The translations under genes were made by a program, and so were the position numbers. A stretch of 8,819 bases of DNA from Simonsiella sp. (GTDB taxonomy: Bacteria > Pseudomonadota > Gammaproteobacteria > Burkholderiales > Neisseriaceae), in contig JBHARQ010000302.1 in assembly GCA_041831015.1 (NCBI GenBank), forward strand, positions 1-8,819, given 5' to 3'. The notes under the pieces are model-generated. The model was not told the DNA's origin, made no database searches, and saw only the letters and a program-made list of their open reading frames with translations. Below, one piece after another: positions 1-6,938 of the stretch (its first letter is position 1; every line of letters begins with the position of its first letter).

Positions 1-1
1 T

Positions 2-1539
<1,538 letters not shown>

Positions 1540-1544
1540 TAAAT

Positions 1545-2693
1545 ATGGCGCAAATCGTATTAGTAACAGGCAAACCGAGAATTGGTAAGACAGCTTTTGT
1601 TGTAGAGATGCTAATGTTTGATGAATATTATAAAGGTCGTAAACTATTTAGCAATATTAATGGCTTAGATTTACCGCATCATCAACCGCCTGAAGGTCAT
1701 ACATGGGAAGATTTGCATATTTGGTTAAAATACAAAGAAAATGTAGGTGCTGTAGTTGTTTTTGATGAGGTACAGAATTTATTTCCGACACGTCCAGCAG
1801 GAAGTAAAATGCCTGATAAGGTATCGTGGTTACACGTTCATGGTCATTCTGCGATTGATTTAATTTTTATTACGCAATCGCCTAAAGTGATTGATGTCAA
1901 TTTGCGTGAATTGGTTGGTAAACATATTCATATTGCTGCAAATAAGATGGGCGGTTTAACTCGTCTTGAGTGGAATGAAGTCGCTATGAATCCGACCGCT
2001 CAATCAAAAAATGCGTTATCAAGTTTGCATAAAATCCGTGAAGAAGTTTTTCAACACTATAAATCTGCTGAAGCACATATTGGGCATGGTCATGTTAAAT
2101 CGCGATGGTATTATGTGATTATTGCAATGCTCATTTTTATTCCGATTTTATTTGGTTTAATTGGATTTATGGGTTATCGGTATTATCAGGGTTTAAAAGA
2201 GAAAGCAGGAGTAGCTGTTGTTGCTGATGATAACGTTCATCAATCGTCAGATGTAATTACAGGTTCGGCATCAATGCCGATGCTCCCGCAACCACAGATA
2301 CAACAAAATCAGGATTTAAAGCCATCTGATTTTGTACCATCAATGGCTGAACGTCCAGAATCAAAGCCGATTTATAACAGCGTACGGCAAGTGCATCAAT
2401 ATGAGCGTATTGCAGGGTGTATTCAAAGCGGCAAAAGCTGTAATTGTTATAGCGACCAAGCAACTAAATTACGCGAAATATCAAGAGAGCTTTGTCTTGA
2501 TTATGTGAAAAATGGTTTACCGTTTGACCCATTTCGTGAGAAAAGAACAGTACGTCAAGAGTCAATTCAGCAAGCTGACAAAGCGGACATGGTTTCGGAT
2601 ACAATTCAGCATCAGCAAGTTTTTACTCTGGGCGGTGAAGAGAAAGTTGCAAAAACAATGCCATATCCTGATAATTTGAGGAATATACAATGA
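1545..2693 (+). CDS. Zot-like / pI-like filamentous phage assembly NTPase
   Basis: N-terminal Walker A GKPRIGKT (aa 9-16) and Walker B-like VVVFDEVQ. A single central TM helix (WYYVIIAMLIFIPILFGLIGFMGY) is followed by a roughly 160-aa Cys-containing periplasmic tail. This is the canonical zonula occludens toxin/pI topology. Confidence 0.85.
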   Translation: MAQIVLVTGKPRIGKTAFVVEMLMFDEYYKGRKLFSNINGLDLPHHQPPEGHTWEDLHIWLKYKENVGAVVVFDEVQNLFPTRPAGSKMPDKVSWLHVHGHSAIDLIFITQSPKVIDVNLRELVGKHIHIAANKMGGLTRLEWNEVAMNPTAQSKNALSSLHKIREEVFQHYKSAEAHIGHGHVKSRWYYVIIAMLIFIPILFGLIGFMGYRYYQGLKEKAGVAVVADDNVHQSSDVITGSASMPMLPQPQIQQNQDLKPSDFVPSMAERPESKPIYNSVRQVHQYERIAGCIQSGKSCNCYSDQATKLREISRELCLDYVKNGLPFDPFREKRTVRQESIQQADKADMVSDTIQHQQVFTLGGEEKVAKTMPYPDNLRNIQ

Positions 2694-2872
2694 ATCAAAT
2701 AGAATTTAATTTATTGATGGCTACGCTTTCTATATTTGCATTAGCTGGTTCATTATTTGTTATATCAACAATTAATGCCAGATTGCATTTAGTTGTTATA
2801 TTGATTAGACTATTTGTTTCATTGATGCTGTATGTACTATACGTTCAACTATTGATGCGTTTTGATATTTAG
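2690..2872 (+). CDS. Small hydrophobic phage protein (two predicted TM helices), function unknown
   Basis: ATGA overlap with the Zot-like stop, and a GAGGA Shine-Dalgarno at 2678-2682. The 60-aa product is almost entirely hydrophobic. It occupies the position of ORF9 in Nf-type phages. Confidence 0.5.
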   Translation: MNQIEFNLLMATLSIFALAGSLFVISTINARLHLVVILIRLFVSLMLYVLYVQLLMRFDI

Positions 2873-2875
2873 CTG

Positions 2876-2923
2876 CTAATTTATTGTTAAGTTGCTGTAT
2901 GCAGCAACTTAATGATAAATTAG
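2876..2923 (+). other. Long imperfect hairpin (22-nt arms, 4-nt loop) just after the last phage structural ORF
   Basis: CTAATTTATTGTTAAGTTGCTG (2876-2897), loop TATG, then CAGCAACTTAATGATAAATTAG (2902-2923). 20 of 22 positions are complementary. No U-tract follows. Confidence 0.85.
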
Positions 2924-2955
2924 TAGCCAACAAGCGCAGCGCGTTAGTAAGTTTG

Positions 2956-2995
2956 AATCAATAAAATATTTAATTAATTAGATATTTTATTGATT
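2956..2995 (+). other. Perfect 14-bp inverted repeat with a 12-nt AT loop
   Basis: AATCAATAAAATAT (2956-2969), loop TTAATTAATTAG, then ATATTTTATTGATT (2982-2995). Confidence 0.9.
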
Positions 2996-3022
2996 TTAGC
3001 TTATCGCGAGAGCTGAAATCGG

Positions 3023-3036
3023 GCTATCTAGATAGC
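3023..3036. other. Perfect 14-bp palindrome GCTATCTAGATAGC (possible protein binding site)
   Basis: Self-complementary when read on both strands. It lies in the non-coding leader of the recombinase gene. Confidence 0.8.
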
Positions 3037-3168
3037 ATTATGCCCCTAACTTTTTAGTTGATTCGTAGATTTATCGGATAGCTTTTTTATTTAAACGATT
3101 GAATATCATCATAAACGTTAAGTTGGCATTAGCTAATTTAATAGTTTGAATAGTAAGGGAAATCTTCA

Positions 3169-4124
3169 TGAATATTTTGGGGATTGATGTATCAAAAGAT
3201 ACATTAGATAATCATTTAGATAAAAACGGAAAAAGTGAATATATTCAGGTTAGCAATGACTTTTCAGGCTGCCTGAAATTGCATGAGTGATTGAAATCGC
3301 ATAAGGTACGAAAAGTTGTCATCGCAATGGAAGCAACAGGAACATATTATGAAACTGTAGCGAATTATTTTGCACGAATTTATGACGTTTATGTGATTAA
3401 TCCATTAAAAATTAGTGATTATGCTAAATCTAATTTTGTACGAGCAAAAACAGATAAAGGTGATAGTCGGCTGATTGCAGAATATATTCGGACACATTTG
3501 CGATACACACATCATTATAAACCGATGACGGAAGTCAATTATGAACTTCGAGAATTGTTGGCGTTGTATAGGCAATTAAAGAGACAAATTGTACAAATGA
3601 AAAACCGTTTAGAAGTGGTACATGATGAGTTTGTGAAAGGTGTTCTTGAAAAAATGCTATTAGTATTTGAACAACAAGCAGAAGAGACGGCGGTACGTAT
3701 AGATAAGTTGTTGAAAAAATCTGAACACAAACAGCACTATGAGCATTTGCAAACGATAACAGGGATTAGCAAAAAGACAGCAGCTGTAATTTTGCATTAT
3801 TTGATAAGCAAAGATTTTGCAAATGTGAATAAATTTATGGCATTTGCTGGCTTAAGCCCTCAAATTATACAATCAGGTACGAGCTTAAAACGCAAAGAAA
3901 AACTGACACAATACGGGCATAGGAATCTAAAAAGTACATTTTATATGCCCGCATTATCAGCGTATCGTTCTCAAACGTTCAAACCATTTGTAGAGCGTTT
4001 AAAGAGGCAAGGAAAGCCGAAAATGTTAATTATTGGTGCGTTGATGCGAAAATTGGCGAAGATAGCATATTGTGTTTACAAATCAAATGAGCCATTCAAT
4101 TCAGAAAAACATTTGAAAAGTTAA
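3169..4124 (+). pseudogene. Piv/IS110-family DEDD recombinase (PivNM/Irg-like phage integrase/transposase), disrupted by a frameshift near 3238-3245 and an in-frame TGA at 3288-3290
   Basis: The N-terminus MNILGIDVSKDTLDNHLDKNGKSE (3169-3240, AAGGGA Shine-Dalgarno at 3156-3161) carries the first catalytic Asp motif (GIDVSK) but runs into TGA at 3274-3276. The rest of the protein is in another frame: IQVSNDFSGCLKLHE-TGA-LKSHKVRKVVIAMEATGTYYE...KTDKGDS...FAGLSPQIIQSGTS...ALMRKLAKIAY. The TGA sits where homologues have Trp (HEWLK). The motifs MEATG, TDKxD, AGLSP..SG and LMRKL are typical of the IS110/Piv family. Confidence 0.8.
3263..3277. repeat. DNA uptake sequence, palindromic 15-mer TTCAGGCTGCCTGAA (exact AGGCAGCCTGAA on the - strand)
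   Basis: Exact string match. It lies inside the recombinase pseudogene and reads F-S-G-C-L-K in the recombinase frame. Confidence 0.8.
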
Positions 4125-4179
4125 ATACAGCATCTTGAAAGCCAAGTAAAATTTATTTTAATAAAATGAAATATTTTTC

Positions 4180-4185
4180 TTGACA
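4180..4185 (+). promoter_or_regulatory. Orphan consensus -35 hexamer TTGACA facing out of the prophage end, with no usable -10 at 16-18 nt
   Basis: TTGACA is at 4180-4185. The hexamers at spacings of 16 to 18 nt are CGAAAT, GAAATC and AAATCT, all poor -10 boxes. Confidence 0.3.
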
Positions 4186-4227
4186 TATTACATATCATCT
4201 ACGAAATCTTTTGAAATCAGTAGTTGT

Positions 4228-4250
4228 AGGTTGGGTTGAAAACCCAACTT
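4228..4250. repeat. REP-like palindromic unit 1: GTTGGGTT-GAA-AACCCAAC
   Basis: An 8-bp perfect stem (4230-4237 / 4241-4248) with a 3-nt loop, extendable by G-T and A-T pairs. Confidence 0.85.
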
Positions 4251-4269
4251 GATTATTTTTGGGGTTTCT

Positions 4270-4288
4270 GTTGGGTCTACGACCCAAC
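4270..4288. repeat. REP-like palindromic unit 2: GTTGGGTC-TAC-GACCCAAC
   Basis: An 8-bp perfect stem (4270-4277 / 4281-4288) with a 3-nt loop. In addition, TAGGTTGGGT (4227-4236) is the exact reverse complement of ACCCAACCTA (4282-4291), so the two units can also pair with each other. Confidence 0.85.
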
Positions 4289-4328
4289 CTACCGCTCTAT
4301 GAAGAACGCGCCGTTCCGCGCCCACCCA

Positions 4329-4368
4329 AAAGCGTGGGTGCGGCGGCAAGACGCCGCGTTCTGGCAAA
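4329..4368 (+). repeat. 40-bp intergenic repeat, copy A (AAAGCGTGGGTGCGGCGGCAAGACGCCGCGTTCTGGCAAA)
   Basis: Identical to 6742-6781 in the same orientation. The match extends to about 45 bp if two single-A indels are allowed. It contains the hairpin GCGGCG-GCAAGA-CGCCGC. In copy A only, it forms the right half of a longer imperfect palindrome (GAACGCG at 4304-4310 pairs with CGCGTTC at 4357-4363; CACCCA pairs with TGGGTG). Confidence 0.95.
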
Positions 4369-4372
4369 TGTT

Positions 4373-4415
4373 CAGGCAGCCTTTCAACAAAAAGCGTGTA
4401 TTGAAAGGCTGCCTG
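4373..4415 (-). terminator. Inverted pair of degenerate DUS forming a 15-bp hairpin, 8 nt downstream of the kinase stop codon (putative terminator)
   Basis: CAGGCAGCCTTTCAA (4373-4387), a 13-nt loop, then TTGAAAGGCTGCCTG (4401-4415), perfectly complementary. On the - strand only a weak T-run (ATTT) follows. Confidence 0.45.
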
Positions 4416-4422
4416 TAAGTGG

Positions 4423-5871
4423 TTATGAATGTTCTTCCGCCGCATCTAATTTAGGCGATTTGGTTTTGGGATTTTTGGGACGAGCTGGTTTTTCTGGTTT
4501 GCAAGTGTGCGGCAAAATAAAGTGCATTTTCAAACCATTGGGTTTGACATTTTCTGCAATGATTTTGCCCTGATGTTGCTCAATAATATGCTTGGTCAAT
4601 GCCAAACCCAAACCTGTGCCTGATGTATTCGCACTGCTATCAGCACGATAAAATGCTGTGAAAATATGGGGCAACTGCGTTTCTTTCACACCATTGCCAT
4701 TATCGACAATTTCAACGTGTAAATTTTTGCGGTCTTCATACATTTTCACATTAATCGTACTGCCTTCGGGGCTGTAATTCATGGCATTGCGAATCACATT
4801 ATCAAATGCGCGATACAAATAGCTTTCATTCACTTCCAATCGGGCATCGGGATTAACATTGCTGACTTCTAATTGCACGGTATGCCCTTTCTTTTCGGCA
4901 ACCGATTGGCTGTCTTCTACAATTTGCTGTAAAAATGGCACAATGGACAACCATTCTTTTTCCATCGGAATATTGGCTGTTTCCAAGCGCGATAAGGTCA
5001 ATAATTCGCCCACCAAATTGTCCATACGGGTTAATTCGCTTTCCAAACGGGCAATGTATTCTGCTTGCTTGTCGGGACGAGCTTGTAATAAGCCCACAAT
5101 GGCTTGAATTCGCGCCAATGGCGAACGCATTTCATGGGAAACGTGGTGTAATAAATGGCGTTCTTTTTCTACCAATTTTTGTAATTGGTCTGCCATGCGG
5201 TCAAATTGGATGCCGAGATTGGCTAATTCGTCTTTGCGGTCGTCTAATTGTTGCGATACACGCGCGTCTAATTCGCCTGCTGCCAAGCGGTTGATGCCGT
5301 GTTCTAAAATCCGAATGGGTTGTGTGATGTTGTTTGCCAATAAATAGGCGAGTAATAACCCGACTAAAATCAATGAAATTAAAATAATAAATTCATGCCA
5401 AATGGGTGCAAGCGGCAACCCCGGAATCAGCAATGGACTGGGCATTCGTTCAATTTGGGTGCGGTCAAAATGGCGAATGAAAAACAGGTATTCTTCGCCA
5501 AACGGGTCGTAACGCAATGCCACTAATTTGGAATTGGGATTTTTGAGGGCAAAACTGTATGCACTTTCTATTTCATTGGGTGGAATGGGGCGATTGAGAA
5601 TGTCTTGTTTGGTGTCGCCTGTGATGACGATGATGTTTTGTGCGGCAGATTCTTTACGCAGTTGTTCCAAGCGGTTGCGTACGGATAATTCGCCGCCTGC
5701 GGATAGTGAGTTAATCACATCGCGCAGTAGGCTGATTTCCATATCTCGTTGATGTTTTGATTGGTTTTCCGCAAGCTGGGTTTGCACCACCCAAAATGAA
5801 AAGCTGGCAACAAAAATGGCGCAAATAATCACCATGCAAAAGGTGGCAAAAATGCGTTGAAACAGTTTCAT
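4423..5871 (-). CDS. misS: Sensor histidine kinase, CpxA/MisS-like (2 TM, periplasmic domain, HAMP, HisKA, HATPase_c)
   Basis: TM1 is FATFCMVIICAIFVASFSFWVV and TM2 is FIILISLILVGLLLAYLLA. A HAMP segment follows (ITQPIRILEHGINRLAAGELDARV). H-box is HHVSHEMRSPLARIQ, N-box is NVIRNAMNYSP, G1 is VDNGNGV and G2 is GTGLGLAL. It sits downstream of a CpxR-like regulator. The symbol is inferred from the Neisseriaceae name for the CpxRA orthologues. Confidence 0.85.
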   Translation of the reverse strand: MKLFQRIFATFCMVIICAIFVASFSFWVVQTQLAENQSKHQRDMEISLLRDVINSLSAGGELSVRNRLEQLRKESAAQNIIVITGDTKQDILNRPIPPNEIESAYSFALKNPNSKLVALRYDPFGEEYLFFIRHFDRTQIERMPSPLLIPGLPLAPIWHEFIILISLILVGLLLAYLLANNITQPIRILEHGINRLAAGELDARVSQQLDDRKDELANLGIQFDRMADQLQKLVEKERHLLHHVSHEMRSPLARIQAIVGLLQARPDKQAEYIARLESELTRMDNLVGELLTLSRLETANIPMEKEWLSIVPFLQQIVEDSQSVAEKKGHTVQLEVSNVNPDARLEVNESYLYRAFDNVIRNAMNYSPEGSTINVKMYEDRKNLHVEIVDNGNGVKETQLPHIFTAFYRADSSANTSGTGLGLALTKHIIEQHQGKIIAENVKPNGLKMHFILPHTCKPEKPARPKNPKTKSPKLDAAEEHS

Positions 5872-5902
5872 AATTTAATCATGATTATCTAAAGACAGTC
5901 GC

Positions 5903-5911
5903 ATTATAGCA
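5903..5911 (-). promoter_or_regulatory. Extended -10 promoter element TGCTATAAT (- strand) immediately downstream of the intergenic hairpin, 32 nt upstream of the kinase ATG
   Basis: The reverse complement of 5903-5911 reads TGCTATAAT (TGnTATAAT consensus). No good -35 is present, which is acceptable for extended -10 promoters. Confidence 0.4.
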
Positions 5912-5958
5912 AAAAAGGCTGCCTGAAAAGGAGGATTCCTATTTCAGGCAGCCTTTTT
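5912..5958 (-). terminator. Strong bidirectional intrinsic-terminator-like hairpin built from an inverted pair of one-mismatch DUS, between the regulator and kinase genes
   Basis: AAAAAGGCTGCCTGAAA (5912-5928) pairs perfectly with TTTCAGGCAGCCTTTTT (5942-5958), giving a 17-bp stem. AGGA/TCCT can pair further inside the loop. On the - strand the hairpin is followed by a T6 run. Confidence 0.6.
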
Positions 5959-5968
5959 GAGTAGGCAA

Positions 5969-6655
5969 TTAGTTTTTCACAAATAGGTAACCTAAACCGC
6001 GCACGGTTTGAATCAGCGATGGGTCGCCCAATTTGTGGCGAATGCTGGAAATGTGGACGTCAATGCTGCGGTCAAATTTGGCTAATTTGCGGTCAAGTGC
6101 TTCTAAAGACAGGGTTTCTTTGCTCACCACTTGTCCTGCGTGGCGCATTAGGGCTTCCAGCAGGTTAAATTCGGTGCTGGTTAATTCTAATGGGGTGTCG
6201 CCGATGGATGCTTGGCGTTTGGCAGGATATAGGGTCACGTTGCTCACGGACAGGCTGTTGGCTGCCACGCCTGTGCTGTCGCTGTTTTGTTGGGCGCGGC
6301 GCAAGATGGCGTTGATACGCGCCAACAGTTCGCGTGGTTGGCAAGGTTTGGGAACGTAGTCGTCTGCGCCCATTTCTAAACCGATGATGCGGTCAATGTC
6401 GTCGCCTTTGGCGGTCAGCATAATCACGGGGATTTTGCTTTGAGCGCGTACGGTTTTCAATACGTCCAAGCCACCCATTTTGGGCATCATGGAATCTAAA
6501 ATAACGACATCGTATTGGTTGCCACTGTGCAAAATTTCTTTAACACCGCTTTCGCCATCAGGCATACGGTTCACTTCGAGACCTTCGGCGGCAAGGTATT
6601 CTGCCAGCAATTCGGTTAGGGTATCGTCATCATCTACAAGTAATACGCGGCTCAT
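5969..6655 (-). CDS. misR: OmpR-family response regulator, CpxR/MisR-like
   Basis: The receiver domain has the acidic pocket VDDDD, phospho-acceptor region VVILDSMMPKMGG and conserved PVIMLTAKGD...GADDYVPKP. The C-terminal winged-helix region is LTSTEFNLLEALMRHAGQVVSKETL...VRGLGYLF. An AAGGA Shine-Dalgarno lies about 6 nt upstream of the ATG. It closely resembles E. coli CpxR as I remember it. Confidence 0.9.
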   Translation of the reverse strand: MSRVLLVDDDDTLTELLAEYLAAEGLEVNRMPDGESGVKEILHSGNQYDVVILDSMMPKMGGLDVLKTVRAQSKIPVIMLTAKGDDIDRIIGLEMGADDYVPKPCQPRELLARINAILRRAQQNSDSTGVAANSLSVSNVTLYPAKRQASIGDTPLELTSTEFNLLEALMRHAGQVVSKETLSLEALDRKLAKFDRSIDVHISSIRHKLGDPSLIQTVRGLGYLFVKN

Positions 6656-6693
6656 GATTTTTCCTTTAGTGTAAATAAGTCATTGCCTGATGG

Positions 6694-6708
6694 TTCAGGC
6701 AGCCTGAA
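6694..6708. repeat. DNA uptake sequence, palindromic 15-mer TTCAGGCAGCCTGAA (exact AGGCAGCCTGAA on the + strand)
   Basis: Exact string match in the leader region upstream of the regulator gene. The neighbouring TGCCTGA (6684-6690) can pair with TCAGGCA (6695-6701). Confidence 0.8.
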
Positions 6709-6741
6709 GTTGGAGCGAATGTTGATTCGTGCCACAACTCC

Positions 6742-6781
6742 AAAGCGTGGGTGCGGCGGCAAGACGCCGCGTTCTGGCAAA
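6742..6781 (+). repeat. 40-bp intergenic repeat, copy B
   Basis: Identical to 4329-4368 in direct orientation, 2413 bp away. The two copies bracket the kinase/regulator pair. Confidence 0.95.
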
Positions 6782-6868
6782 ATGGGAATCTGTTTTTTTG
6801 TTGCCACAAATGGTTCGGCTGTTGGTTGAACATTTGTGAAATCAAAACAGTATGTATCTTAACAGTTC

Positions 6869-6880
6869 TGTCTTTACATT
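6869..6880 (-). promoter_or_regulatory. Direct repeat TGTCTTTACATT, copy 1 (- strand AATGTAAAGACA; candidate CpxR/MisR half-site GTAAA / TGTAAAG)
   Basis: Exact 12-mer repeated at 6927-6938. It lies about 215 bp upstream of the regulator start codon. Confidence 0.3.
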
Positions 6881-6926
6881 TGTATGCTTTGGGTCATGAC
6901 TTTGCGCTTTTTTGCACTTGCGAAGT

Positions 6927-6938
6927 TGTCTTTACATT
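6927..6938 (-). promoter_or_regulatory. Direct repeat TGTCTTTACATT, copy 2 (abuts the stop codon of the PglL-like gene)
   Basis: Exact 12-mer identical to 6869-6880, 58 bp start to start. Confidence 0.3.

Noticed and set aside
2257-2463. Antisense ORFs inside the Zot-like, recombinase, kinase and regulator genes (2257-2463 -, 3539-3730 -, 4859-5294 +, 5528-5752 +, 6033-6359 +, 6480-6674 +)
   Set aside because: They are short, lack RBS and motifs, and each is wholly contained in a well-supported CDS on the opposite strand.
3288-3290. TGA as a recoding signal (selenocysteine, Trp read-through or programmed frameshift) that would keep the recombinase functional
   Set aside because: There is no SECIS-like hairpin directly downstream. 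The nearby frameshift has no slippery heptamer or pseudoknot that I can see. Other genes in the window use TGA as a normal stop (1247-1249, 2691-2693). Decay is the simpler explanation.
3061-4208. GATTCGTAGAT (3061-3071) versus ATCTACGAAATC (4197-4208) as terminal inverted repeats that would define an autonomous ~1.15-kb IS110/IS1111-like element
   Set aside because: Only 9 contiguous nt match, or 11 of 12 with an indel. At that length a chance match is plausible in AT-rich DNA of this size, and the flanks do not extend the match. I noted it as a possible alternative boundary but it is not supportable.
4125-4420. XerCD/dif-type attachment site, as used by CTX-like filamentous phages
   Set aside because: I found no sequence resembling the 28-bp dif core (two 11-bp arms around a 6-bp spacer, GGTGCGCATAA...TTATGTTAAAT). 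The element also carries its own IS110-type recombinase.
4188-4573. ORFs 4188-4445 (-), 4236-4418 (+) and 4259-4573 (+)
   Set aside because: They run through the palindromic/DUS repeat mosaic and into the antisense of the kinase 3' end. They have no RBS. Their RRQDAAFWQ peptide recurs in ORF 6751-6942 only because the 40-bp DNA repeat is translated.
5868-5882. Four-codon upstream ORF ATG-ATT-AAA-TTA-TGA (- strand) whose stop overlaps the kinase ATG, as a translational-coupling leader
   Set aside because: It has no Shine-Dalgarno and is too short to distinguish from chance in AT-rich sequence. I mention it only for completeness.
6805-6838. Inverted repeat CACAAATG...CATTTGTG (extendable with one bulge) as the terminator of the PglL-like gene
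   Set aside because: On the transcribed (- strand) side the hairpin is followed by an A-run, not a U-run. The T-run precedes it on the + strand. It may be an operator, but a terminator call is unsupported.
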